64,000 nucleotides of DNA, taken from the NCBI RefSeq assembly GCF_030144855.1, contig NC_082731.1:28954001-29018000 (forward strand), in the 5' to 3' direction. A program made the position numbers and the translations under genes. This document shows positions 52,360 through 64,000 of this stretch, piece by piece (positions within the stretch are counted from its first letter, which is position 1; the number at the start of each line of letters is the position of its first letter). A model generated the notes under the pieces. That model saw only the letters and a program-made list of their open reading frames with translations, had not been told where the DNA came from and did not search any database. The DNA comes from Hypanus sabinus (lineage: Eukaryota).

Positions 52360-52735
52360 GGTGTGTATTGTAACACACAAAGTATATGGAATAAGTTAAA
52401 TGATCTTGTCCTGCAGTTCGAGACCAGCAGGCATGACCTTGTGGGCATTACTGAGTCATGGCTACAAGAATTTCATAGCTGGGGGCTTAACATTCAAGGA
52501 TACACATTGTATCAAAAGGACGGGCAGGTAGGCAGAGGTGTGGGGTGGCTCTGTTTGTATAAAATGAAATCAAATTCTGAGAAATGGGTGATTTGGATCA
52601 GAAGATGTAGAATCCTTGTGGGTAGGTTTCAGGAACTGAAGGGGTAGAAAGACCCTGCTGGGAGTTGTATACAGGCTTCTGAACAGCAGCCAGGATATGG
52701 GCTACAAATTGCAATGGGAGATAGAAGACATGAAT
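52360..52735 (+). mobile_element. CR1 endonuclease fragment
   Basis: NTQSIWNKLNDL...DLVGITESWL...IQGYTLYQKD. Confidence 0.8.
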
Positions 52736-55700
52736 CAATAGACAATAGACAATAGGTGCAGAAGTAGACCATTCGGCCCCTCGAGTCTGCACCGCCATTC
52801 TGAGATCATGGCTGATCATTCACTATCAATACCCAGTCCCTGCCTTGTCCCCATATCCCTTGATTCCCCTATCCATCAGATATCTATCTAGCTCCTTCTT
52901 GAAAGCATCCAGAGAATTGGCCTCCACCGTCTTCTGAGGCAGTGCATTCCACACCTCCACAACTCTCTGGGAGAAGAAGCTCTTCCTCAACTCTGTTTTA
53001 AATAACTGACCTCTTATTCTCAATCCATGCCCTCTGGTACTGGACTCTCCCAACATCTGGAACATATTTCCTGCCTCAATCCTATCAAATCCTTTAATTA
53101 TCTTAAACGTTTCAATCAGATCCCCTCTCAATCTCCTCAATTCCAGCGTGTACAAGCCCAATCTTTCCAATCTCTCTGCGTAAGACAGCCCTGCCATCCC
53201 AGGAATCAACCTAGTGAATCTACGCTGCACTTCCTCAATTGCCAGAATGTCCTTCCTTAAACCTGGAGACCAAAACTGTACACAATATTCCAGGTGTGGT
53301 CTCACCAGGGCCCTGTACAAATGCAAAAGGACATCCTTGCTCTTGTACTCAATTTCCCTTGTAACAAAGGCCAACATTCCATTTGCCCTCTTCACTGCCT
53401 GTTGCACTTGCTCATTCACCTTCACTGACTGGTGAACTAGGACTCCTAGGTCTCTTTGCATTTCTCCCTTACCTAACTCTACACCATTCAGACAATACTC
53501 TGCCCTCTTGTTCCTGCTTCCAAAGTGGATAACTTCACATTTATTCACATTAAATGACATCTGCCAAGTATCTGCCCACTCACCCAGCCTATCCAAGTCT
53601 CCCTGTATTCTCCTAATGTCCTCTTCGCATGTCACACTGCCACCCAGTTTAGTATCGTCAGCAAACTTGCTGATATAGTTTTCAGTGCCCTCATCTAAAT
53701 CATTGACATAAATCGTAAAGAGCTGTGGTCCCAATATAGAGCCCTGTGGTACCCCACTAGTCACCTCCAGCCAGTCCGAGAAACACACATTCACTGCTAC
53801 CCTTTGCTTTCTATCTGCCAACCAGTTTTCTATCCATGTTGACACCCTGCCCCCAATGCCCTGAGCTCTGATTTTACTCACCAATCTCCTATGTGGCACC
53901 TTATCGAATGCCTTCTGAAAATCTAGGTACACAACATCCACTGGCTTACCCTCGTCTAACATCCTTGTTACACCCTCAAAAAACTCCAACAGATTAGTCA
54001 AGCATGATTTGCCCTTGGTGACTCAAGCATCTTCCCCACGACTGACGTTAGGCTAACAGGGCGATAGTTCTCTGTTTTCTCCTTCCCTCCCTTCTTGAAA
54101 AGTGGGATAACATTAGCCACTCTCCAATCTTCAGGAACTGATCCTGAATCTAAGGAACATTGGAAAATGATTACCAATGCATCCGCAATTTCCTGAGCCA
54201 CCTCTCTTAGAACCCTCGGATGCAGACCATCTGGACCCGGGGATTTATTAGCCTTCAGTCCTACCAGTCTACTCATCACAGTTTCTTTCCTAATGTCAAT
54301 CTGTCTCAATTCCTCTGATATCTTATGACCCTGGCCCATCCATACATCTGGGAGATTGCTTGTGTCCTCCCTGGTGAAGACAGATCTAAAGTACGCATTA
54401 AATTCTGTTGCCATTTCCCTGTTTCCCATAACAATTTCTCCCAATTCATTCTTCAAGGGGCCAACATTGTTCTTAACTATCTTCTTTCTCTTCACATAGC
54501 GAAAAAAGCTTTTGCTATCCCCTTTTATATTCCTGGCTAGACTGAGCTCATACCTGATTTTTTCTCTACGTGTTGCTTTTTTAGTTAAGATCTGCTGTTC
54601 CTTAAAACTTTCCCAATCATCTGTATTCCCACTCATCTTAGCCCTGTCATACTTCTTTTTCTTTAATGCTATACAATCTCTGACTTCCTTTGTCAACCAC
54701 GTGGCCCCTTCCCCCTCTTTGAATCCTTCCTTCTCATTGGAATGAACTGCTTTTGCATCTTTTGTATTATGCCCAAGAATATCTGCCACTGCTGATCCAC
54801 TGTCTTTCCTGCCAGGGCATCCGCCCATTTAACTTTGGCCAGCTCATTCCCTCATGGCTCCGTAGTCTCCTTTATTTAATTGCAACACTGACACCTCTGA
54901 TCTGCCCTTATCCCTCTCAAATTGTAGATAAAAACTTATCATGTTATGATCACTTATGATCACATCCTAATGGCTCCTTTACTTCAAGATCACTTATCAA
55001 TTCCTGTTCATTACACATCACCAAGCCCAAAATAGCCTCGTTCCTGGTTGGCTCAAGCACAAGCTGTTCCAAAAATACATCCCTTAGACACTCCACAAAC
55101 TCCCTATCCTGGGGTCCAGCACCTACCTGATTCTCTCAGTCCACCTGCATGTTGAAATCTCCCATAATGACAGCATTACCTTTAGCACATGCCAATGTTA
55201 ACTCCCTAATCAACTTGTACCCAATATCCACGCTACTGTTTGGGGGTCTGTACACAACACCCATTAGGGTCTTTTTACCCTTACTGTTCCTCAGCTCAAT
55301 CCACACAGACTCTACTTCCCCTGTTCCCAAGTCACCTCTTGCTAAGGACTGAATCTCATTCCTCACCAACAGGGCCACCCCCACCCCCTCTTCCCATATT
55401 TCTGTCTCTACGATAGCACGTATACCCTGGTACACTCAATTCCCAGGCCTGATCCCCTTGCAGCCATGTCTCCGTTATCCCAACAATATCGTAGTTCCCC
55501 ATTTTCATCTGAGCTTCAAGCTCATCTTTCTTATTTCTGACACTACACGCATTCAAGTATAGAATTCTTAGCCCATTCCTCCTCTCTTTGCTTAAAACAC
55601 TGTCTACTGTACCTAACCCAGCTCCTTGAACTTCCATCGGGCAAATTGCACCCTGAATTTTGATGACCTTCTCAAGATCACCCAAACCTTGTACACATTT

Positions 55701-55920
55701 AACCCCATGCACCTTCTGACCAACCCTCTGGATCTGGATCCCTGCCCCCTGCACATCTAGTTTAAACCCCCACGAGCAGCACTGGCAAATACTCCTGCAA
55801 GAATGTTAGTACCCCTCCGGTTCAGATGTAGACCATCCCTTCGAAACAGATCCCAATGTCCCTGGAACAAAGACCAATTATCCAAAAACCTGAACCCTTC
55901 CTTCCTGCACCATGCTCTCA
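52736..55920 (-). mobile_element. Relatively young 5'-truncated CR1 with near-intact ORF2
   Basis: ORFs 52826..54001 (391 aa RT C-terminus) and 53998..54828, EN at 55136-55600, and an ORF1 remnant. 3' tail (TCTATTG)3 at ~52736-52756. A short internal deletion at ~54020 breaks the frame. Confidence 0.95.
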
Positions 55921-55924
55921 GCCT

Positions 55925-56480
55925 CTCAGCCTCGTATTAATGTGCATAATCATTCTATTCTTCGCCTCACTCGCACGTGGTACAGGTAGAAATCCCGAGA
56001 TTGTCACCCTGGAGGTCCTGCCTTTCAGCTTCACTCTTAGTACTCCTTCCAATAGTTTACCTAATACCAACATGAAACTTACAGGCGTATAATTTCCCGG
56101 ATTACTTTTAGAACCTTTTTTAGGACAACATGAGCTGTCCTCCAATCCTCTGGCACCACACCCGCAGATACCGACATTTTAAATATATCTGCCAGGGCCC
56201 CTTCAATTTCAACACTAGTCTCCTTCAAGGTATGAAGGAATATATTGTTAGGTCCTGGGGATTTATCTACTCTGATTTGCCTCAAGATAGCATTTATCTA
56301 CTCTGATTTGTGTCAAGATAGATAAAGAAACTTTTGGTATCCTCTTTAATATTATTGGCTAACTTACATTTGTATTCAATGTTTTGCCTCTTTATTTTTA
56401 TTTTATTTTTGTTAATTGCCTTCTGGTGTTTTAAAAAATCTTCCCAGTCTAATTTCTCACCAAGTTTTGCTTTGTTTTAT
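55925..56480 (-). mobile_element. Older CR1 RT fragment
   Basis: KSPGPNNI...PEDWRTAHV..KK and SNPGNYTPVSF. Confidence 0.75.
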
Positions 56481-59400
56481 TAACTTCCTACCATAGATAT
56501 TGGGACCACTCACCTAGCGTTCCCAGCATTTTATTTTTATTTGTAGCCCTTCTTTAAGTTACTGAACTGAACTGAACTGAATTCCTGCTCCCTGTGCAAG
56601 GTTTTAGCAATGTACTAATCTATGATATGTTCAATTTTTAACTTTACCAGCACATTGCACTGAGAATAATCTGGAGATTACCACTGTTGGGGTCTTACAT
56701 TTTAACATTTTTTCTTTCTCCCTTTATTCACTCCACAACAGAACATCTATTGTCACACCTATAGTCATTTGAGCCAATGTGTGCAACCACTTCTCAACCT
56801 CCCCACTGAGAATGTTCTGCAATCACTCAGAGACATCCTCATCTGAATTATACTCTATTTGTAATTCCTCAGCCCACCCACCCAGCTGATCAAGATCCCA
56901 CTGTACTTGTTGCTAACCTTCTTCATTCCCTACAGTACCATCTATTTTAGTGTCAGCTGTCATCTAATACTCGGGAATACAGGATCGGTTCCCATCAATG
57001 AGAGGGTTCCTTCATCCAGGTTACAGCAGTCATTTGGATAAAGCCCTAGTATGAGATTTAAAGAACCAGTTCTCAGTCTGTCTCTGTTGGAATGCCCCCA
57101 AATGCAGTATTGTGCAAAAGTATACTTGGATCAGATTTTGGAGAACACCATATTCACAAAGTCAGAGAGATGCCCAGTGCCTAGAACACAGGGTGCAGAG
57201 CAGGAAGTGAGGAACATGGTCCAGATTTGGATATTAGTCTGGCATCCTGGCCTTGGAGAGTCTCTCTCTCTTACACTGTGACCTCCTCTCCTTGCCCATC
57301 CTGCATCTCTCCCTCTCCTTCCACCTTCCCTCAGCTCATTTCAAAGTTTTCAAACCTCCAATCTGCTGCCTCATTTCTCCCTCCCACCCCACAGTGCACA
57401 GGGTCAGACGCTGGCTCTGACAAGCTGCCTGCACTGTGTACAAACAGGCTGGCAGAGCCCTTATCTGAGAGAGACAGAAACACAAACAGGAAGCAGAAGG
57501 CAAAGCCGTTACTGTGAGCAGTGAAGAGTGTAAAATATACTGGAGGACTGGCAGCACGAAATCAGGGAGGGAAAGAAGGAGGGGCAGGCCAGGGTCGGGA
57601 GCCGATATTTCTGGAGGGGAGCTGAGGCCAGTGACAAGGTAAGGTCCTCAGTTGTTGCACATTCTGGCTTTCTAGTTGGCTGAAGCGTGAGACTGGGAGG
57701 GAGGCTGGTTGCTGACAAAACATATGGAATCAACAAGTTGAGTTTGTGATGTAGATACCTGAGTTCAGATCACATCACGGCAGCGGGGATGTTTAAAATC
57801 AGTTCATTAAACATGTAACTGTGACTTAATTCTTAATTAATTTTTAATTAAATTTGGAGCTGGTCCCAAGTTGTCTCCTTTCGGACAAGAACATCCCCAG
57901 TATCTGATTCAGTGCCTTGCCCCCTCATGACCTGCTCTGCACTCCAGGTTCTGGGCACAGGGAAACTCCTACAATCTGTGATTTTGGATGCAGTTTCTAA
58001 AATCTGCTCCATATATGGTTTCCCATATGACTGAACATGGTACATTCCTGAGATGTGGGGTTTGGAATCTGATTCTCGGATTCTTCCAAATAACTGATTT
58101 TAAATTGTTTCTCATACATGGGAGTCACAACCTTCCTGAAGATCAATCGTGTATTCCCAAGCTCTGACCTATTCCCTCATGAACGAAGTTGAGAATTAAC
58201 CATAATTTTTGGTTCTGTGGAGGGATATTTTTCCCATTGTCTGATAGTTCATAGTTTTCCCCAATATCTATTCCTGGAGTATATTCCTTCAATATCTGGT
58301 CCTGTATGCCATCCTCCAACGTCTGTCCCTTGGATTTACTCTGCTCAAATCGGGTGCTGGTGTTCATCCCCCAAACGGCTGTTGTATTCTATTCTATTCT
58401 TGGTTTGTATTAATTAGTAACTGTTTATGTTTTCTACTCCTAATATGTTTACCCCAGTATCTGTTGTATTTTCCTGCATTGGCATATTTTTTCAAAATGC
58501 TTTCTCTTGTTTACATCACATTAAAACATTTACATTGTCAATATCCAGTTCCGAGTCACCTGTACTTGTACCAACACCTCCACACTCTCTGATGGGGGAT
58601 GGTGCAGAATGCACAAAGTTTCCTTCAGATAAACGCCGAGCAGGCCAAAAGCTTTGGTCACAATAGTGAGTTCTGTTCCAGGGCACTGATGCTGTTAATT
58701 CCCTTTTCAGTGTTGTGAGAACAAAAATTCAGGCTGACTTGGCTGTTCACCGTAGTACAGAGGGACAGAGGTGCTGCCTTTCAGCTGAGACATTGAAGGG
58801 AGATTGTGTGTGCAACAGAGAAGCTCCTGTACCCACATTTTTATAGGACATGGAATATGGAGAATTAGGATAATGTTTTGAAATATGGATTGAGACACTC
58901 AGTATGAAACATTCCATCAATATCTGGCTCTGGGATGTTCTGAGAAACTCTTTCAATGAGCCTCTGTGTTTTCCTGAATATCTTTCTCGGGTACAGCACC
59001 CCAGTATTCCCACTGTGGGAAATCCATTAAGAACATCAGCAGTATGTTGGGGCTACACTCATTTATCATAGGCCGGAAATCTCTCCAATATTTGTCCGGG
59101 GATGCATTACCCACTTGTACTTGTAGGCAGGTGAAATCACTGCAGTGATGAGGGAACTAAGATGGGATGAATGGCTTCCCGCAGTTTTATCAACTCCAGA
59201 CACTTCATTGTCTCATTGTCTTTGTTTTTAATGAATACAATTTCAAATCATGAAATAAACTCCAGCAGAAAACTGAAAGAAGAGCTATAGGTAATGATTT
59301 CCACAACATCTGATATACAAAATTTGACAGAACATCCTCCACCACACTACCCCTCTCCATGTCAAGCTCTTGCTCCATAACAATAATAATCACTTCCTCA

Positions 59401-59994
59401 ACTTCCTCTTCTTCATCACTACCCACACCCCCATTCCCCGCTCCTCATTCCCAAGCCTTAACCCTGTCTTCCTCTCCCGTCCTCTATACCACCTCCAGTG
59501 TCACATATCCTGCCATTTTCCCAATGTATCATCCACTGCTGTCCCTCCATCCACCTAAATGGTTCTGTGCCCCCATTTCCCATCTGGCATCCCCGGTGCA
59601 TCTAGAGGTTTATTTTCTGAAATGAGCAGTTGCGTTGCAGTGCAGTAGCCTCGGATTGCCAAGTGAGTGAGATGGAGACTCCATTTGCAAACATCTCAGT
59701 CACACGGGGATTTCTTGACTGAATGCGGGGTGTGTATCTGCTGGTCACTGCTGAACCTGAAATATAGACAAGAGAGTATGATATTGTGTGTGACAGGTGC
59801 AGCACAGATCTTAACCTGTAAGGACCGGTGAACTGAATATCTGACAGTCTGTCCTCATTCCAGGAGATGGAATCCCATGAAGAGGTGTCTGTCAGTATTT
59901 TCTGACGTCACTCCGAAACAAGAATCTAAATCCCAGTTCAGAACTTTAGGATGATCCACAGTTGGGTGAATGTTTTCGTTCCTGAGTAAAACCA

Positions 59995-61085
59995 TGAGAT
60001 AAGAGATAGCAGAATTAGGCCATTTAGCCCATCGAGTCTGCTCCAGCATTTCATTATGACTGATTCAATTCCCTCTCACCCCCAATCACCTGCCTTTTCT
60101 CAGTATCCCTTCATGTCCTGACTAATCAAGGATCTATCAACCTCATCCTTAAATACACCCAATGACCTGGGCACCACCTGTGGCAATGAGTTACACAGAC
60201 TAACCACTCTCTGGCAAAAGAAGTTCCTCCTCATTTCTGTTCTAAATCGATGACCTTCTGCTTGGAGGTTGTCCTCTACTCCTAGATTCTCCCACCACAG
60301 GAAACATTCTCTCCACATCCACTCTGTCAAGGTATTTCAACTTCCAATAGGTTTCAATAAGATACCCCCCTCATTCTTGTGAATTCCAGTGAAAACAGAC
60401 CTCAGCCATCAAACACTTCTCATATGATAAGCCTTTCCATCCTGGAATCGTTTTGCTAAACTCCTTTGAAACCAGATCAATGTCAGCATATCTTTTCTTA
60501 GATAAGTTGCCCAAAACTGTTCACCATACTGCAATTGAGACATCATCAGTGCCTTAGAAACACTCAACATTATATCCTTGGTTTCATATTTTAGTCCTTT
60601 CAAAATGAATTCAGACATTGCATTTGCCTTCCTCATCACTAATTCAAACAGCAAATTAACCTGAATGGAATCCTGTACAAGGCCTCCCAGGGCCGTTTGC
60701 ACCTCAGATTTTTAAATTTTCTTTCCAGTTAGAAAGTAGTTTATACTTTCATTTCTTCTCCCAAAGTGTATTACCATTTACTTCCCAACACTTTATCATA
60801 TCTGCCACTCCTTTGCCCATTCTCTAAATCTGTCTAAGTATTTGTGTAGTCTCTCAGCTTTCTCAACTCTATCTGCCCTTTCACCTCTCTGAATATCATC
60901 CACAAACTTGGCCTTAAAAGCCATCAATTTTGTAATCCAAATCATTGGCATTTTACATGAAAAGATGTGGTCCCAACAGAGCAGCTAACCAGAAAATGCT
61001 CCCTTTATTCCTACTCTTTGCCTCCTATCAATCAGAGAATGTTCTATCCATGCTAGTATCTCTCCTGTAGTACCGTAGCTCATGT
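59995..61085 (-). mobile_element. CR1 3' fragment
   Basis: RKANAMSEFI...SQLQYGEQFWATYLRKD and FRTEMRRNFFCQRVV, with a CR1 3' UTR. Confidence 0.85.
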
Positions 61086-61094
61086 GGCAACACA

Positions 61095-61184
61095 CACACA
61101 AGGCTGGAGGAATTCAGTAGGCCTGGTAGCATCTCTCAAAGTTTCAGACTGATGAAGGGTCTTGGCCTGAATCATCGTTTGTTT
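61095..61184 (+). repeat. Short element with a hammerhead-like core, cut by the Gmr1 LTR
   Basis: CTGATGA (61149-61155), AGGG-TCTTG-GCCT stem, GAAT in place of GAAA. Confidence 0.5.
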
Positions 61185-62030
61185 TGTTACGTACTCGTGA
61201 CACATGACAGTGGAGCCCTTGTCATGTGACTGGGGTTGAATCTGTATTGGACTTGAGGTGATGGTCTTGTGATGGTGGTGACGTCATTTTCCCGCCAGTA
61301 GAGATCATGTGATGGTTTATTTTTACAGGTTATAAAAGGTAGACCCCACCCTGTGAGGAGGGGCAGTTCATGGCTGGATTTGCCAAGTTGACTTCATGCC
61401 ACTGCGTGTTTTAAGTGATGACACAGTTTGGTTGAAGGATGAAGTTTTAATTTAATGCCTAAAGTTTAAAAGGTCATTGCCAGCAGGTTCTTTATGATTC
61501 TGCTAGTTTGAGAAAATTAGTGGAGAGTGAAGATTGGAAGTTCGGAAGTTAAAGATCGAGGAGAATCGCTTTCTACGGTGAAACGGGGGCGACCTTTGTT
61601 TGATACTTATTTGGAAAGATTTCGTTGACTATCTTCACGTTAATCCCTAGGTTTAACTAGAAAGGATTGAAGGTAGTGGAGAAGGAAAGGTCAGTGCCTT
61701 TAAGCCATTCTGTTTCGTAAATTCTTCGTGGGAAGTTCGACGTCGGGGATCGAAGCCAAGCGACGTGAAAGAGAACCTAAATCGTCTTATAAAGTCTCTC
61801 CTTTTAAATGGACCGTGAGCATATTGAACTTTTGGCATACCACTTTAAAGAACTGTTTTTGCAATATCGCTTTAAGAACTGTTTTAAGCTGCCGCACCGC
61901 AGCTGTTTCCGGTTACGGTAGTGTTTGTTTACTTTTGGGGGGGTTTGTTTTCAGTGTTTAATAAACGTGTTGTTTGTTATAAGAAACCCTTGCCGAACTC
62001 ATATATTTATTGTTGCCTGAATACGTAACA
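61185..62030 (+). mobile_element. 5' LTR of Gmr1 copy 2
   Basis: Reverse complement of the 45650-46491 LTR family with TGTTAC...GTAACA ends. Followed after a 7-nt spacer by the PBS TGGGGGCTCGTCCGGGAT (62038-62055), complementary to tRNA-Pro. Confidence 0.97.
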
Positions 62031-62158
62031 TTAAATATGGGGGCTCGTCCGGGATTGAATCATTTGAGTTTAATTGCTTGCTAACTTTTGAATCGGTGTT
62101 TTGGAAATGGGGATTACTCGGTTCTTTTGTTTGGCTTGTTGTGGTATTCGGCAGCAAT

Positions 62159-62894
62159 GAATATTGATGAGTTTCTGGCTTCGCCAGCTGCGGAGGTGTT
62201 GGCGAAGGCGAAGAAAACTGAGGTGTTTGAGATAGCTAGTAGATTGCAACTTAAAGGTATTTTGCAGACTACATCTAAGGCTGTGATACAGAGGAAAATC
62301 GCGTCACACTATGTGGTCTCGGGTGTTTTTGATGAATCAATTTTAGAGTCGTTTCAAATAAGTAATCTGGAGATGCAGTTGCAAATCGAACAAATGAAAT
62401 TGGAGAGGTGTAAATTGAAGGCGGAACAAAATAAGAGAGAATTTGCATATGCAATGGAGGAATTAAAGTCTGGGAATCAGTCTTCTGGTTCTAAAAAACC
62501 GTTTGTTGCTAGTCAAGAAATTAAATTGGTCCCTCCATTTAGTGAAACAGAAGTGGAAAGGTATTTTCAACATTTTGAAACTATTGCTCGGATGTCAGAG
62601 TGGCCGAAAGATAAATGGTCAGTGTTGTTACAGAGAGTAATTAAAGGCAAAGCACAACAAGTTTACACAGCTTTAACCGCTGCGCAAGCACTTGATTATG
62701 ATATTGTAAAGAGGCATATCTTAAATGCATATGAGTTAGTCCCAGAAGCATATAGGGAAAGATTCAGAAGTTTGAAAAAGTCTGTGGAAAAAACTTATGT
62801 GGAATTTGCCTATGATAAAGCTATGTGTTTTGAGAGATGGGTTTCTTCTAAAAATGTAAATGGGGACTATGATACATTGAGAGAGCTGATTTGA
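62159..62894 (+). CDS. gag: Gmr1 copy 2 Gag N-terminal/capsid ORF ending at the shared TGA
   Basis: Open from MNIDEF to RELI*, with no other lesion seen. Confidence 0.85.
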
Positions 62895-64000
62895 ATGGAG
62901 GAATTTAAAAGAAGCATTCCTGTTGAAGTAAGGACCTACTTAAATGAGAAGGATACTGATAAATTGCAGGACTGTGCTAGATTAGCTGATGAGTATGTTT
63001 TAATCCATAAGAATAAATTTCCTCAGGGCAGAAATTTTAAGAGGAAAAATAACATGGAGATTCCAGGTAAATCTGAACTAAAACCAGAGGTTAATGAGAA
63101 AGTTGATGAGAAAGGAAAGCCTGTGAAGGAAAGACAGTTTGGTCTTACATGTGACTATTGTAAGAAGCCTGGCCATGTAATAGCTAACTGTTTCAAATTG
63201 AAAAAGAAAGAGAAGGAAGCAGTTCCAGATGCTTGTGTGCAACATACTGAAGCACCTGTAAAGTTACAGGGTTTGATAAACACAAATGAGGCTTTGTTAG
63301 AGTCTGACCAACTTAGAAAGGGATATGATCATTTTATAACTGAAGGGTTTGTATCCTTGAAAGAAGGATCTACTCTGGTGCCAATAAAAATCCTTAGGGA
63401 TACTGGTGCTTCTCAGTCACTGATGTTAGACAGTGTGTTGAAGTTTAATGAAGAGTCTGATACTGGTGAGGTAAATTACATAAGAGGTGTTGGAAGTGAT
63501 TTTATGCCTGTACATTTACATAAAGTAAATTTAAAGTCAGGGTTAGTTACAGGATTTGTTAAAGTAGGATTACAGCATAGCTTACCTGTGAAGGGTATTT
63601 CTTTATTGTTAGGTAATGACTTGGCAGGTGGACAAGTTTTTCCTGAAATGCATTTGACAATGGAGCCAGAGGAACCAGAGTTGAATTCTAACACAGATTC
63701 TTCCTGTGTTGTGACTAGAGCTATGGCTGAAAAGATTGATGCGCAGAATGAGGTTGTTACTCAGGACTGCTCAACTCAGGATTCGAGTTTTGAGGATGCA
63801 TCAGAGACTTTCTTATCTTTGTTGTTTGAACAAGATTCTGGGAGTAAGTCTGACTATAAAGATTTATCTTTGTCTCGGAAGGAGATGATAGCAGAGCAGA
63901 ACAGAGACTCTGAGATTATCAAATTAAGAGAGCAGGTTTTACTAGATAGTGAAATTGATAAGGTGCCAGTAGGATATTACTTGGATAAAGGAGTGTTGAT
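62895..64000 (+). CDS. pol: Gmr1 copy 2 Gag C-terminus, zinc knuckle, protease and integrase linker (open to the window edge)
   Basis: Same frame, ATG directly after the TGA. My translation shows no stop before 64000. CDYCKKPGHVIANC and LRDTGASQS are intact. It is absent from the ORF track because there is no stop in the window. Confidence 0.85.
   Translation, partial: MEEFKRSIPVEVRTYLNEKDTDKLQDCARLADEYVLIHKNKFPQGRNFKRKNNMEIPGKSELKPEVNEKVDEKGKPVKERQFGLTCDYCKKPGHVIANCFKLKKKEKEAVPDACVQHTEAPVKLQGLINTNEALLESDQLRKGYDHFITEGFVSLKEGSTLVPIKILRDTGASQSLMLDSVLKFNEESDTGEVNYIRGVGSDFMPVHLHKVNLKSGLVTGFVKVGLQHSLPVKGISLLLGNDLAGGQVFPEMHLTMEPEEPELNSNTDSSCVVTRAMAEKIDAQNEVVTQDCSTQDSSFEDASETFLSLLFEQDSGSKSDYKDLSLSRKEMIAEQNRDSEIIKLREQVLLDSEIDKVPVGYYLDKGVL

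Overview
Repeat-dense vertebrate genomic DNA, most likely a cartilaginous fish (inferred from the repeat repertoire and an IgNAR/IgW-like exon). I found no intact host protein-coding gene, tRNA, rRNA or CRISPR array. Retroelements fill most of the window. (1) A decayed env-bearing class I endogenous retrovirus (LTR-env-pol, minus strand) is split by a Rex1/Babar fragment and by a 5'-complete L1 with a 13-bp TSD. (2) A recent ~5.6-kb tandem duplication covers 8224-19436. (3) There are two Gmr1-type Ty3/Gypsy elements (PR-IN-RT-RH order, tRNA-Pro PBS): one complete with LTRs and a 4-bp TSD, and one running off the right edge. (4) There are two decayed chromodomain (Sushi-like) Gypsy elements and many CR1, Rex1/Babar and RTE fragments. 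Host-derived sequence includes an orphan, disabled Ig C1 exon resembling IgNAR C3/IgW (22.75-23.06 kb), a CpG-island bidirectional promoter with a first-exon donor on each strand (29.4-29.9 kb), and a locally amplified non-TE cassette family. One sub-block of that family shows third-codon-position-biased divergence in a hydrophobic, MFS/SLC17-like frame. The best candidate for something undescribed is an in-frame TGA-ATG stop-start inside gag, shared by both Gmr1 copies. It is the only lesion I see in ~1.9 kb of the right-hand copy and sits in a ~190-nt tract identical between the copies. All alignments and counts were done by eye and are approximate.
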